Of a DNA stretch of 44,669 nt, positions 10,271 through 20,325 are shown in pieces. Made by a program: the position numbers and the translations under genes. Under the pieces are notes generated by a model, which worked only from the letters and a program-made list of their open reading frames with translations, searched no databases and was not told where the DNA came from. Where the stretch lies: contig CAJXMQ010000001.1 in assembly GCA_913056225.1 (NCBI GenBank), positions 1 to 44,669 of the forward strand, in the 5' to 3' direction. Within the stretch, counting starts at the first letter, position 1. Every line of letters starts with the position of its first letter. This DNA is from an uncultured Micrococcales bacterium. GTDB lineage: Bacteria > Actinomycetota > Actinomycetes > Actinomycetales > Microbacteriaceae.

Positions 10271-11551
10271 TTAGCTTTCTGGAGCCTCTGGCTTTTCAAA
10301 AACCACGGCCTTGCCCTTGGTGTCGACCACCTTGGCGTTGTCAACCAGGAAGTCAAGTGCCTTGCGACGGGTTAGCTCAGAGGCAAACATGCCAATCTGT
10401 CCGTTTTGGCTAATGGTCTGAATAAAGTCATTTGGCTGCATTCCATACTGCGATGCACTCTCTACCAAGTAGTTGACCAGCTCTTGATCCTCAGGTCGTA
10501 TGTCCTCGGCTTTTACCACCTCGTCCAGAACCATTTGTGAACGGAAAGTTTTCTGGCTCTCCTCAGTGACCTCGGCTCGGTGCTTGTCATCCTCTAAACG
10601 ACCCTCACCCTCTAGGTGACTGTGGACTTCACGCTCAATAACCTCTTCGCTGATTGGAACCTCAACTGAGGCGAGAAGTTTCTCAACGGCTTTCTCTCTA
10701 GCCTGAACTCTTTGCTTGGAGACCATGCCCTGAAGCACTTTTTCCTCAAGGTCTTTCTTGAGCTCTTCTAAGGTGTCAAATTCACTAGCAAGCTGAGCAA
10801 AGTCATCGTCTGCCTTTGGCAGTTCGCGCTCTTTCACGCTCTGCAGGGTGACATTCACCTCGGATTCTTTGCCGGCATGCTCGCCGCCAACCAAAGTTGA
10901 TTTGAATGTAGTGGTTTCACCCGCAGTGAGAGTCAGCAGAGCTTCATCGATGCCATCTAGCAAGTTGCCAGAACCAATTTCGTAGCTGATGCCCTCGGCT
11001 TCGTCAATAACCTCGCCGTCAATGCTGGCCTTTAGGTCAATTGAGGTGAAATCGCCGGTTTTCGCCGGGCGGTCAACTGTGACTAACGAACCGAAGCGAG
11101 CACGAAGCGCATCCAGCTCTTCATCAACGTCTTTTTTGGAGACCTTGGCAGCCTCGACCTCAAGCTCTAGACCTTTATAGTCGGTGAGAGTGATTTCTGG
11201 CCTAACCTCTACCTCTACCTCGACCTCTAAATTTCCCTCAAGGGTCTTCTCGTCTGGTGATTTTTTGACATCTGCGGATGGCTGGCCAAGTGGCTGCAAA
11301 TCAGCCTCGGCTAGAGCCTGGCGATAAAACTCGTCAAGATTGTCGTTGATTGCCTGGCCAATGATTGCACCACGGCCCACTCGCTGGTCCAGAATAGGAG
11401 CGGGGACCTTGCCTTTTCTAAATCCAGGGATGTTTACCTGAGTTGCAATCTCCTCGTAAGCCTTGTCCAAAGCAGGCTTGAATTCATCCGGAGTTACCTC
11501 GAATGTGATCTTTGCTCTGGTTGGATTTAGGCGCTCGACACTAGTTTTCAA
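10271..11551 (-). CDS. tig: Trigger factor (ribosome-associated PPIase chaperone)
   Basis: 426 aa with a typical N-terminus ([19 protein letters not shown]), GFRKGKVP ribosome-binding signature and an FKBP-like middle domain. Confidence 0.95.
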   Translation of the reverse strand: MKTSVERLNPTRAKITFEVTPDEFKPALDKAYEEIATQVNIPGFRKGKVPAPILDQRVGRGAIIGQAINDNLDEFYRQALAEADLQPLGQPSADVKKSPDEKTLEGNLEVEVEVEVRPEITLTDYKGLELEVEAAKVSKKDVDEELDALRARFGSLVTVDRPAKTGDFTSIDLKASIDGEVIDEAEGISYEIGSGNLLDGIDEALLTLTAGETTTFKSTLVGGEHAGKESEVNVTLQSVKERELPKADDDFAQLASEFDTLEELKKDLEEKVLQGMVSKQRVQAREKAVEKLLASVEVPISEEVIEREVHSHLEGEGRLEDDKHRAEVTEESQKTFRSQMVLDEVVKAEDIRPEDQELVNYLVESASQYGMQPNDFIQTISQNGQIGMFASELTRRKALDFLVDNAKVVDTKGKAVVFEKPEAPES

Positions 11552-11581
11552 TATTCTCCTGAAATAGTTTTTTTGTTTCAG

Positions 11582-11654
11582 TCGGGGTGACAGGACTCGA
11601 ACCTGCGATCCCCTGCTCCCAAAGCAGGTGCGCTAGCCACTACGCTACACCCCG
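11582..11654 (-). tRNA. tRNA-Pro (anticodon UGG), CCA not encoded
   Basis: Hand-folded cloverleaf. Acceptor CGGGGTG/CACCCCG, anticodon stem CCTGC/GCAGG with loop TTTGGGA, T-arm GCAGG-TTCGAGT-CCTGT, discriminator A. Confidence 0.9.
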
Positions 11655-11722
11655 GATCAAGTTGAAATCTTAGTCGATTGCAACCTTCGAAAGTCTAGCC
11701 TACTATTATGGAGTTCTGTCTT

Positions 11723-11796
11723 GCGGATGTAGCTCAATGGTAGAGCCTCAGTCTTCCAAACTGATGGTGCGGGTTCGATTCCCGTCATCCGCTCCA
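11723..11796 (+). tRNA. tRNA-Gly (anticodon UCC), CCA encoded
   Basis: Hand-folded cloverleaf. Acceptor GCGGATG/CATCCGC, anticodon stem TCAGT/ACTGA with loop CTTCCAA, T-loop TTCGATT, 3' TCCA. Confidence 0.9.
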
Positions 11797-11798
11797 AT

Positions 11799-12596
11799 TC
11801 AGGCCTGACAGGCCGGACACCAGTAAAGTTTTCTGGCTTGCATCAGCGTTATTGAAACCATGGTTGAACACTCTCGGCACTTCAAACCCTGTCGCTTGTA
11901 GACGTAATAGCGGTCAGCAACTTTGGGTCTTCCCCGTAATTTGTCTTCTCGAGTGAGCATGATTCCTTTTTTCACTCCAATTTTCATCAGCCTCTGAGCG
12001 TCGGTCCAGATTGTTTCTAAAACCTCTTCAGATACCTCCTTGCCTGGAGTGAAGGGCGACTGGCCAGCCCTGAATAACAACTCAGCCCGGTAGACATTTC
12101 CAATGCCGGCAATGATTTCTTGATTCATCAAAAGCTGACCGACGCTCACCTGGGATTTGGAGACGCGATGAATAAAGTCCTTCTTTTTTTGCCTCTTGGG
12201 ATCTGGCTGCAGTGGATCTGGGCCCAGTCGTGCTGTTATTTTTCTAACCTCGGAGGAAGTCAAGACCTCGCATGCCGTTGGTCCGCGCAAATCTGCAACA
12301 TCAGTTTCACTAGTTATTCTCAATCGAACCTGGCCGACTGGCTCTGGAGGGTCACCAGAGTAGTTTCTAAACCCCCATTTTCCATAAATCCCAAGGTGTA
12401 TTCGCAAGAAAGACTTGCCTTCAAACTCGGCAAATAGCTGCTTTCCGTGAGCTTTGGCTTTGATTAGCTTTCTTTCGTTCAACACCTCAGCACCGCCCGC
12501 AAACCTCCCCTGCGGGGAGGATATTTTTAGCTGTTTGTCAGCGAATAGCTCATTTAGTTTTTTCGCGTGACGATGAACAGAGTGACCCTCGGGCAA
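11799..12596 (-). CDS. nei: Fpg/Nei family DNA glycosylase / AP lyase (endonuclease VIII-like)
   Basis: 265 aa with an N-terminal MPEGH (catalytic Pro2/Glu3), an H2TH region and a C-terminal zinc finger CRECS...CPACQ. Confidence 0.88.
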   Translation of the reverse strand: MPEGHSVHRHAKKLNELFADKQLKISSPQGRFAGGAEVLNERKLIKAKAHGKQLFAEFEGKSFLRIHLGIYGKWGFRNYSGDPPEPVGQVRLRITSETDVADLRGPTACEVLTSSEVRKITARLGPDPLQPDPKRQKKKDFIHRVSKSQVSVGQLLMNQEIIAGIGNVYRAELLFRAGQSPFTPGKEVSEEVLETIWTDAQRLMKIGVKKGIMLTREDKLRGRPKVADRYYVYKRQGLKCRECSTMVSITLMQARKLYWCPACQA

Positions 12597-13070
12597 TTAG
12601 TAGAGCACCTCGCCAGTTGTTTCATAGTGCTCGATTTTTCCAATGCGACGGACGTGTCGCTCATCATTGCTAAATGGTTCAGCAATGAAGTGTTGGATCA
12701 GCTCCAAAACTTCTTGCTCACTGTGCTGACGAGCACCCACTGCACAGACATTCGCATTATTATGCTCACGCGCAAGCTTCGCGGTGGATTCGTTCCAAAT
12801 CAGGGCTGCTCTGATGCCTTCGACTTTATTTGCAGCCATCTGCTCGCCGTTTCCGCTGCCCCCAAGCACAATTCCCAGTGACTGGTCGTTATTGCTCCAA
12901 TCGTTACTCACCGCTATTGCTGCTGCAATGCAGAACCCAGGGTAATCATCCAGCGGGTCGTAATCGCTTGGGCCGTGATCAATAACCTCGTGACCTAGTT
13001 TTCGAAGCTCGGCAATCAAAAATTCACTCAGCTCCATGCCGGCGTGATCAGTTGCGATGTGGATTTTCAA
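12597..13070 (-). CDS. rpiB: Ribose-5-phosphate isomerase B
   Basis: 157 aa of the RpiB/LacAB family (MKIHIATDHAG..., GGSGNGEQMAANK, C-terminal RHxRR-like HVRRI). It abuts the nei start with zero gap. Confidence 0.9.
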   Translation of the reverse strand: MKIHIATDHAGMELSEFLIAELRKLGHEVIDHGPSDYDPLDDYPGFCIAAAIAVSNDWSNNDQSLGIVLGGSGNGEQMAANKVEGIRAALIWNESTAKLAREHNNANVCAVGARQHSEQEVLELIQHFIAEPFSNDERHVRRIGKIEHYETTGEVLY

Positions 13071-13750
13071 GATATTTTCCTCTCAATATTCTGTCTAATT
13101 TTTTCCGCTTGATTAGTTCTAATTAGTATCTTGCGCCGCTCTAACTGCAAGCTAACCGCTTCTCCCGCAGACGAAATAAAAGCAAGGTCGCCCGATGCAT
13201 TCAGGCGCAAGCCCCATCCGCCAAAATCCATTGGAAGAACCTTCTCCACCCCCACAGAAACAATCTCCGATAATTTCAATTTTAGAAGCGGTATTTTTAG
13301 GGATCTGATTTCCACTGCTGAATCGGAAACGATGACCCTCGGAGGTGTCAGCAAAGCCAATAAAATCAATAGCGTCGGGAAAAGAAATACTAAAAACCAA
13401 TTGGCGTTGAGGGTCGCTTGATTTGCACTCGTGAGGTCAAGCTGTAGCAACAAAATCCACAAACTGATCGCCAAAAAACTTCCAGCCATCAAACTTGTTA
13501 GCCATCCAAAGACTGTGGCCAGCTTGTTGCCACCGATTTTCCTAGAAAGAAAAACTCCGAGTAGTGCGGGAATGGCAATCAAGATCGCATTGATTGTCAC
13601 AGATGAGGAAAAACTCATGAATCCATCAGCTTGGCCAGAGAAACCAAAGTGGATGGCAAGTGGGTCAGGAAGTCGATCTCTCAAAGCAAAGGCAACAGCT
13701 AGATAAGCACCAGCCATGGCAACTGGTAACAGACTAATTAGAAGAAACAT
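13067..13750 (-). CDS. Membrane protein, DUF1648-like N-terminus plus a soluble C-terminal domain
   Basis: LPDPLAIHFGFSGQADGF motif, four TM helices and a C-terminal ~80 aa beta-rich domain. I place the start at the internal ATG (MFLLISLL...), just after the upstream stop. Confidence 0.55.
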   Translation of the reverse strand: MFLLISLLPVAMAGAYLAVAFALRDRLPDPLAIHFGFSGQADGFMSFSSSVTINAILIAIPALLGVFLSRKIGGNKLATVFGWLTSLMAGSFLAISLWILLLQLDLTSANQATLNANWFLVFLFPTLLILLALLTPPRVIVSDSAVEIRSLKIPLLKLKLSEIVSVGVEKVLPMDFGGWGLRLNASGDLAFISSAGEAVSLQLERRKILIRTNQAEKIRQNIERKIS

Positions 13751-13752
13751 GA

Positions 13753-14925
13753 TTACTTCCTCTCGAGCTGAGAGCGGGTAACCCATAACAATACGCTTGC
13801 CGCAATGCTCGTGAAGATAACGTATGTGAGTGTCAACGCTTGCAAGTTCATTGCAGTCACTGCTGGTGCCGCCAAAGCAGCAATAACCATTGAAAACTCT
13901 CCACGAGCGGTTAGGAAAGCGCCAGCTCTTCGCCAGCTCATTCGGTCACTCAAATCTCTGGTTACCCACCAGCCGGTTAGCATCTTGCCAACTATGCCGA
14001 AAACCAGCATGACCAGCGCCAGCGGAATAACCGCTGGGACGTCTCTGGGGTCAGTCGATAGACCGAAAAAGACAAAAAAGATGGCGGCAAAAATATCTCG
14101 AATTGGGCCAAGCCTTGCCCTTGCAGTTTCTGCAACCTCACCGGTGAGTAGTAGGCCTATCAAGAAAGCTGCCACCACACCGCTGAATCCAATCAGGTCG
14201 GCAAGTCCTGCAGCTAAAAGTGCTGCGCCGAAAACAGTTAAAAGTAAGGCACCTGGTTCGTTTGGATTCAAAATCCTGGTAATCCGATTACCTCCTTTGA
14301 AGCTAAGCAGAATGACCAAACCGGTGATTGCCAAAGCGACTCCAACCGAAATCAACCCACTTACCGCGCTAACTCCTAAAACCAACGAGGTAAGCAAGGG
14401 AAGATACGGCGCCAATGCAAGATCTTCAAAAACCAAAATTCCGATTGCCCGCTTTGCCACCTCGGATCGCATCCAGCCCATTTCTCTAATCAACTGGGCG
14501 GCGATACCACTCGAGCTTACGTAGGTGATTCCAGCCAGCGCCACCGCTCCGACCCATCCCCAGCCAAGAAGCAAGCCAATAACGAACCCTGGGGTCGCGT
14601 TTAGGACAAAATCAACAACACCCGCGCTTCTTCTCTCGGTAAAGGCCTTTGCCAAGTCATATGAGGAATATTCCAAACCGAGCAGCAAAAGCAGCAAGAT
14701 GGCACCAATTTGAGAGCCGGTGCTCAAGAAATCCTCACTCAAGGAAACTGGAATCAGTCCACCATCGCCAAGCATGAGACCAATTAGCAAAAATACTGGC
14801 ACCACGGAGAACTTCAATTTGGCCGCTATAAACGAAATTACGCCAAGAGCCAGCAGCATCGCGCCGATCTCGGCCAAGATCGCCGGGGTGTCACTACCTA
14901 CCTCGGTTGCTGTCAGCGGAAACAT
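13753..14925 (-). CDS. Cation:proton antiporter (CPA2/Kef-like membrane domain, no KTN domain)
   Basis: 390 aa with about 11-12 TM helices, of the Na_H_exchanger type. Confidence 0.75.
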   Translation of the reverse strand: MFPLTATEVGSDTPAILAEIGAMLLALGVISFIAAKLKFSVVPVFLLIGLMLGDGGLIPVSLSEDFLSTGSQIGAILLLLLLGLEYSSYDLAKAFTERRSAGVVDFVLNATPGFVIGLLLGWGWVGAVALAGITYVSSSGIAAQLIREMGWMRSEVAKRAIGILVFEDLALAPYLPLLTSLVLGVSAVSGLISVGVALAITGLVILLSFKGGNRITRILNPNEPGALLLTVFGAALLAAGLADLIGFSGVVAAFLIGLLLTGEVAETARARLGPIRDIFAAIFFVFFGLSTDPRDVPAVIPLALVMLVFGIVGKMLTGWWVTRDLSDRMSWRRAGAFLTARGEFSMVIAALAAPAVTAMNLQALTLTYVIFTSIAASVLLWVTRSQLERK

Positions 14926-15001
14926 ACTTCATTATCCCAGTAGCGAAACAAGCTCGTGTTACGGGCTTGGAAATTATGCTGAGAGAGTTGAAAGGAAGAT
15001 T

Positions 15002-17542
15002 TTGCCAGGTCAAAACCTAACCCGCTCAGAAGCCCAGGCTCGTGCGGAACTCATCGAGGTAGACAGCTACCAAGTCCAACTCAAGCTTTCGGCGGACTCC
15101 GAAACCTTTTTCTCTAAGACAGAAATCAAGTTCTCGGCAACCGCTGGAGCCAGCTCCTTCATCGATATATCTGCCGAAGAAGTTCACCTGATCCAGCTCA
15201 ATGGTGAGGTTTTGCCCAAGGAGTTATTCTCCAATCACAGGATTGAACTTCCAAACCTTGATACCGAAAACAATCTGCTGATTGAAGCCACCTTTGCATT
15301 CACAAACTCGGGTGAGGGCCTACATCGCTTTGTCGATCCGGTAGATAACGAGACATATTTGTATAGCCAGTTTGAAGTTCCTGACTCCAGGAGGGTTTTT
15401 GCGGTCTTTGAACAACCTGACCTAAAAGCGCATTTTCAATTCACCGTGTCTGCTCCCAGTCATTGGAAAGTCACCTCAAACTCCCCAACTCCCGAACCAG
15501 AGGCACTCGGCGACGGATATTCGAAATGGGAATTCACGCCCACACCAAAAATCTCTAGCTACATAACTGCCATTATTGCCGGACCATACCAACAGTGGAG
15601 CGACAGCCTAGTTTCAAAAAACGGTTCAGTGGTTCCACTGGGAGTGTTTTGCAGGCAGTCGCTCGCTGAATACATGGATGCTGATTACATCTTTGAAAAA
15701 ACCAAACAGGGTTTTGAGTTCTATGAAAACTTGTTTGACTACCCATACCCCTTCGAAAAATATGACCAACTATTTGTTCCAGAGTTCAATGCTGGTGCGA
15801 TGGAAAATGCTGGTGCGGTGACCTTCGTTGAAAACTACGTATTCCGCTCAAAAGTGACTGACGCCACGAGAGAGCGTCGGGTTGTAACCATCTTGCATGA
15901 GCTTGCACACATGTGGTTCGGTGACTTAGTAACAATGAAGTGGTGGAATGACCTGTGGCTGAACGAGTCTTTTGCCGAGTACGCCTCAACGCTTGCAACG
16001 GTTGAAGCAACTGAATGGACCGGCGGTTGGACCACCTTCTCAAGTCTTGAAAAAAACTGGGCCTATCGCCAAGATCAGCTTCCTTCAACTCACCCAATTG
16101 TTGCCGAGATATCTGACCTTGAAGATGTGCAGGTAAATTTTGATGGCATTACCTACGCCAAGGGTGCAAGTGTTTTGAAGCAGCTAGTGGCCTACGTGGG
16201 ACAAGAGCAGTTCTTTGAAGGAATTGCCAACTATTTCAAAAAACACCAGTACTCAAACACAGTTCTCAGTGACCTACTGGATGAACTAGAGGCGACATCG
16301 GGCAGAGACTTAAAGCAATGGTCAAAACTCTGGTTGGAGACGGCCGGCGTAAATTCAGTTTCAGTTGATTTAGAAACGGATGCTTCAGATTTGATAACCA
16401 AGTTTGAGTTGAAGCAATCCGCACTGAGTGATTATCCAACAATCAGGCCCCACAGAATGGGAATTGGTTTCTATTCGGGTGATTCAGAAATAACCCGTGA
16501 GGACTATCTGGAAATTGACCTTGAAACGGAAAAGCTGAGTCTGGATCAGCTGATTGGAAAACACCACCCAGGGATGATTTTGCTCAACGACCAGGATTTG
16601 GGATATCTGAAGGTAAGACTTGATGAAAAATCTCGAAAATTTGCAATTGAAAATCTTGGAAGATTCTCAGACCCTCTTGCAAGAAGTGTTATCTGGACAT
16701 CGTTTTGGGACAGCGCAAGAGATGCAGAGATTCCGATTACAGAATTCATTGACCTGGTAGTTGGAAACATAGATAAAGAGACCGAGTCCACGACACTACT
16801 AACCCTGATTCGTCAGCTGATTACCTCGGTAACCCTTTACCTGCCGGAATCAATCAGAAAGCAACACCAAGACAGGGTTGCGAGTGAGCTGATTGCATTG
16901 ACCGAGAAAGCTGCACCGGGCTCTGACATGCAGTTTCAGCTTCTAAAGGCAACTGCCCAAATAGCAACCCTAGAGCACGCTGCATGGGTAGCGGATGTGC
17001 TATCCGGAGAACGAGAAATCGCGTCTCTGGAAATTGACCAGGATCTTCGCTGGGAGCTCATGGCCTCACTGGCGACCCTTGGTCAAATTGGCATTGAGGA
17101 ATTAGAAAAAGAGCTCAAAAAAGACAACACCGCCAATGGCCAGAAGGCATTTGCCTTGGCAAAAGCGGCCTTGCCTGGATTGGAAAACAAACAGAAAGCA
17201 TGGACCGAGCTGGTTGAATCAGACACTCTTTCCAATGCCATGGTTGAAAACGGTTCAAGAGGCTTCACCCGAGTAGATGACAGCAAAGAGTTACTGCCCT
17301 TTGTTGATAAATATCTGCAACAGGTGGAGGAGATCTGGGACAACAAGACATTCAGCATTGCGGAATCACTTTTGCTGAATCTTTACCCGATCGAAATTGT
17401 CAGCCAACAGCTTCGTGACAAAACGGCCGAAGTCATCAAGAAAGACTCGATTCAGTCAAAGCCGGCGCTGAGACGAATTTTGGTTGAGCATCTGGCAAAC
17501 TTGGACCGAGCGTTAGCCTGCCAACACAGAATGGAGAGCTAA
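15002..17542 (+). CDS. pepN: Aminopeptidase N (M1 zinc metallopeptidase)
   Basis: GAMEN exopeptidase motif (NAGAMENAGAV) and HELAHMWFGD...WLNESFAEY zinc site. I place the start at TTG 15002 (MPGQNLTRSEAQARA...), preceded by GAAAGGAAG. ORF-track residues 14720-15001 are antisense to the antiporter gene. Confidence 0.9.
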   Translation: MPGQNLTRSEAQARAELIEVDSYQVQLKLSADSETFFSKTEIKFSATAGASSFIDISAEEVHLIQLNGEVLPKELFSNHRIELPNLDTENNLLIEATFAFTNSGEGLHRFVDPVDNETYLYSQFEVPDSRRVFAVFEQPDLKAHFQFTVSAPSHWKVTSNSPTPEPEALGDGYSKWEFTPTPKISSYITAIIAGPYQQWSDSLVSKNGSVVPLGVFCRQSLAEYMDADYIFEKTKQGFEFYENLFDYPYPFEKYDQLFVPEFNAGAMENAGAVTFVENYVFRSKVTDATRERRVVTILHELAHMWFGDLVTMKWWNDLWLNESFAEYASTLATVEATEWTGGWTTFSSLEKNWAYRQDQLPSTHPIVAEISDLEDVQVNFDGITYAKGASVLKQLVAYVGQEQFFEGIANYFKKHQYSNTVLSDLLDELEATSGRDLKQWSKLWLETAGVNSVSVDLETDASDLITKFELKQSALSDYPTIRPHRMGIGFYSGDSEITREDYLEIDLETEKLSLDQLIGKHHPGMILLNDQDLGYLKVRLDEKSRKFAIENLGRFSDPLARSVIWTSFWDSARDAEIPITEFIDLVVGNIDKETESTTLLTLIRQLITSVTLYLPESIRKQHQDRVASELIALTEKAAPGSDMQFQLLKATAQIATLEHAAWVADVLSGEREIASLEIDQDLRWELMASLATLGQIGIEELEKELKKDNTANGQKAFALAKAALPGLENKQKAWTELVESDTLSNAMVENGSRGFTRVDDSKELLPFVDKYLQQVEEIWDNKTFSIAESLLLNLYPIEIVSQQLRDKTAEVIKKDSIQSKPALRRILVEHLANLDRALACQHRMES

Positions 17543-18400
17543 ATGGACTTCCAACAGTTTTTGCAAGATTGGGAACCCCTAATCCGGATCACCTTTATAG
17601 TTCTTGGCGCCATAATTCTTGCCATTGTGTTGCGCATAAGCTCCAGAAGAGTTGTCAACGCGATTGTTCAGGGTGTGAATACCCATGCCAGAGAGATTGC
17701 GGACAAGGTAGTTGAGGAACAAAGGATTCTTCAGAGAACGAAGACCATCGCAAATGTTTTAGATAACTTCATATTGTGGGGAATCACCATCACCTCGATT
17801 GTGATGATTCTCAGTGAATTAGGTGTTGATATTGGCGCCCTAATCGCCGTTACTTCAATTTTGGGAGCCGCAATTGGCTTTGGTGCCCAGTCGCTGGTGA
17901 AGGATATTCTTAGCGGAATCTTTATTGTGTTTGAAGACCAGTATGGAATCGGAGACTGGGTAGACCTTGGCGAGGCAAACGGAGAAGTCGAGAAGGTTGG
18001 ACTTCGAATCACGGAGCTGAGAGATGTTCACGGAACCCTTTGGTTTGTAAGAAACGGTGAAATTCTACGAGTCGGAAACTACACGCAGGACTGGGCAAGA
18101 GCATTGCTTGATCTGCCATTCAGTTACGAAAATGACATCGACAAAGTGAACGCAATCATTTCAAACGTTGCTACAGAACTCGCCACAGACACCCAGCTTG
18201 GGCCTGCAATCCTTGGTGATCCAGAGATCTGGGGCATGGACTATGTGAGTGGCGAGCAGTTTGTTATCCGAGTAGCACTGACCACCAAACCATCCAAGCA
18301 GTGGGCAGTCACAAGAGAATTGCGCTCAAGACTGAAAACGGCATTTGATAAAGAGGGAATCGCTTTGCAAAAAGCCACCCGAATCAACCTCTCGAACTAA
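17543..18400 (+). CDS. Small-conductance mechanosensitive channel (MscS family)
   Basis: 285 aa with 3 TM helices followed by the MscS beta-domain signature (FEDQYGIGDWVDL...GEVEKVGLRITELRD). The ATG immediately follows the pepN TAA. Confidence 0.85.
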   Translation: MDFQQFLQDWEPLIRITFIVLGAIILAIVLRISSRRVVNAIVQGVNTHAREIADKVVEEQRILQRTKTIANVLDNFILWGITITSIVMILSELGVDIGALIAVTSILGAAIGFGAQSLVKDILSGIFIVFEDQYGIGDWVDLGEANGEVEKVGLRITELRDVHGTLWFVRNGEILRVGNYTQDWARALLDLPFSYENDIDKVNAIISNVATELATDTQLGPAILGDPEIWGMDYVSGEQFVIRVALTTKPSKQWAVTRELRSRLKTAFDKEGIALQKATRINLSN

Positions 18401-18403
18401 GCC

Positions 18404-18784
18404 TTGGATTCTCAAACATTTCAGCAACTCGGTGGCGAACAAACTTTTTCCACGATCGCCAGAGTGTTCTATCAGGGCGTGAAAGCAGACCCTGTTTTGC
18501 ATGAGATGTATCCAGAGGCGGACCTAACCGCCGCCGAAGAACGCCTCCGCATGTTTTTAGTTCAGTACTGGGGCGGAAAAACCGAGTATCAAGAAAAAAG
18601 AGGGCATCCCCGACTAAGAATGCGTCACTCTCCCTTCAAGATAAATCCCAATGCAAAAAACCACTGGCTGAAAGCCATGAGAACGGCAGTCGATGCAGCT
18701 GAGCTTTCAGAGGCTGATGATGCCCTGGTTTGGGACTATTTCGAAAGAGCCGCACTTGCGATGGTGAACACTTTCGAGGATTAG
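18404..18784 (+). CDS. glbO: Group II truncated hemoglobin
   Basis: 126 aa trHbO-like (FY...V..DP.L...YP, WGG...Y...RGHPRLRMRH). Confidence 0.85.
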   Translation: MDSQTFQQLGGEQTFSTIARVFYQGVKADPVLHEMYPEADLTAAEERLRMFLVQYWGGKTEYQEKRGHPRLRMRHSPFKINPNAKNHWLKAMRTAVDAAELSEADDALVWDYFERAALAMVNTFED

Positions 18785-19434
18785 GAAATTCGGCTGGATT
18801 CTTTGGTTAAGACATGACCAAAGCTGGAGGAAAGCCTCAGCCAATTACTGGTTTTATAAACGTTGACCGGTTCATCCTTGACCAAAAACCCAAGACCAGC
18901 CATTGCAAATGCCGCGGCTCCGGGCAACATCAGGCCAATGTCCACAGGCCTTGACCAAATCTGTGCTCTGATTCGAGCTGCAACCGGACCACCCACCTGA
19001 TCCGGGAGTGATTCCGCCACGTCCTTGATGCCTTTTTTGGCCCACTCGCTGATCTGCTCTCCCGATATCTGTTCAACCAACTTCCAACCATTCCGCGGGG
19101 CTGAAATGCCTGTCCAGGAAGCTGGCTTGTGATCCAGAGGAACTTCCAAGTGCAGGCTTTGCTCTGCTTGCGGAAGTCTTTGCAAAACCTCGGATATCAG
19201 AACTACCGAGTCCAATTCGGTGGGCTCTGCAAGCTTCAAAGTTCGCATGCCAATTGCCGTGGGGCCATCTGCGAAAAGATTAGAAGTAAAAATTGGAGCA
19301 ACCGAAACCGCTAGAACATCACCGAATGCACGCAGCCTAACCACGCCATCCTCGTCCATTTTCTTTGCCCTGGACAAAAAGTTAGTCAGGTCGGTGGCTT
19401 GCTCGGGTGCGGTAAGGGAGAGTGCTGGCTTCAT
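18781..19434 (-). CDS. Conserved actinobacterial hypothetical protein
   Basis: 217 aa with no recognisable catalytic motif. It sits where I recall conserved hypotheticals next to glbO in mycobacteria. Confidence 0.6.
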   Translation of the reverse strand: MKPALSLTAPEQATDLTNFLSRAKKMDEDGVVRLRAFGDVLAVSVAPIFTSNLFADGPTAIGMRTLKLAEPTELDSVVLISEVLQRLPQAEQSLHLEVPLDHKPASWTGISAPRNGWKLVEQISGEQISEWAKKGIKDVAESLPDQVGGPVAARIRAQIWSRPVDIGLMLPGAAAFAMAGLGFLVKDEPVNVYKTSNWLRLSSSFGHVLTKESSRIS

Positions 19435-19470
19435 CAGACCTCTAAACTAATGCAAGGAAAGCGTGCAGAT

Positions 19471-20325
19471 ATGAATCAATCACCAATTACTCAGCTGAGA
19501 AAGACTTTAGAACTTACACAGCTAGAGGAAAACCGATTCCAGGGCTCAAGTCTTTGGATGCCCCACGGAAGGGTCTTCGGTGGCCAAGTAATGGCTCAGG
19601 CTTTGGCGGCTGCAACCAAAACAGTTGATGAATCCAGACCGGTTCACTCCCTCCACGGTTATTTCCTAAGGCCAGGGGATGTTGATCAGGACATTATTTT
19701 TGACGTAGAAGTACTTCGGGATGGAAGGTCTTTCTCAGCTCGCAGGGTGCAGGCCATTCAAAATGAAAAAGTAATTTTTTCGATGATTTCAAGTTTTCAA
19801 ATAAGTGAGGCTGGCCCTGATCATCAAGTCGGCCCAACAGGCGATCACGGAGATCCGGAGAAGCTACCAAGTGCTAAACAGTTGCTTGGGGAAATTGATC
19901 ACCCTAGTGCCCAATACTGGGCACACAGCAGGCCCTTCGACATTCGTCATCATCCAGATGACATTTATCTAAAGGTTGAAAACGACTCGCCTCAGCAAAG
20001 CGTTTGGGTGAAAACTCTAGAGCCAATCGAATTAGCCCCAGAGATGCATGCGATTGCCCTCGCTTTTGCAAGTGATTACACAATCTTGGAATCTGGACTC
20101 AGAAAACATGGAATTAGCTGGGCCCACAGAGGAATGGCAAGTGCATCATTAGACCACGCGATGTGGTTCCACCGACCAGCAGATGTCAATTCTTGGATGC
20201 TCTACGAGCAGCAATCCCCTTCCACTCAAGGCTCGAGGAACCTGAACTTCGGAAAGATTTATCAAGATGGACAGCTGGTCGCCTCAGTTGCCCAGGAGGG
20301 CATGCTGAGGGTTCCAGGGAACTAG
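19471..20325 (+). CDS. tesB: Acyl-CoA thioesterase II
   Basis: Double hot-dog TesB-like sequence (GGQVMAQAL..., LHGYFLRPGD, RDGRSFSARRV). I place the start at ATG 19471 (MNQSPITQL...), which avoids overlapping the divergent upstream gene. Confidence 0.85.
   Translation: MNQSPITQLRKTLELTQLEENRFQGSSLWMPHGRVFGGQVMAQALAAATKTVDESRPVHSLHGYFLRPGDVDQDIIFDVEVLRDGRSFSARRVQAIQNEKVIFSMISSFQISEAGPDHQVGPTGDHGDPEKLPSAKQLLGEIDHPSAQYWAHSRPFDIRHHPDDIYLKVENDSPQQSVWVKTLEPIELAPEMHAIALAFASDYTILESGLRKHGISWAHRGMASASLDHAMWFHRPADVNSWMLYEQQSPSTQGSRNLNFGKIYQDGQLVASVAQEGMLRVPGN

Noticed and set aside
11582-11801. tRNA-Pro/tRNA-Gly pair as a possible integration hotspot or genomic-island boundary. The nei stop lies 2 nt from the tRNA-Gly 3' end, and a GGCCTG-A-CAGGCC inverted repeat sits inside the nei 3' end.
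   Set aside because: I saw no integrase, no direct repeat of the tRNA 3' end and no compositional break. The flanking genes (tig, nei, rpiB) are the conserved core neighbours. The inverted repeat has a 1-nt loop and simply encodes the zinc-finger CPACQA.
13805-15001. Very long ORFs antisense to the cation/H+ antiporter gene (239 aa at 13805-14524, continuing at 14525-14713 and 14720-15001). Similar antisense ORFs lie opposite the EamA gene (23156-23590), folC (1051-1623) and mnhA (43304-43657).
   Set aside because: The translations are low-complexity and rich in K, S, P, T and A, as expected when hydrophobic membrane-protein codons are read on the opposite strand. They have no start context or SD and lie fully inside well-supported genes. 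I treat them as shadow ORFs.
14720-15001. N-terminal 94-codon extension of pepN in the ORF track.
   Set aside because: The extension is antisense to the antiporter gene and carries no M1-peptidase sequence. The conserved PepN N-terminus (PGQNLTRSEAQARA) begins at TTG 15002, just after a GAAAGGAAG SD.
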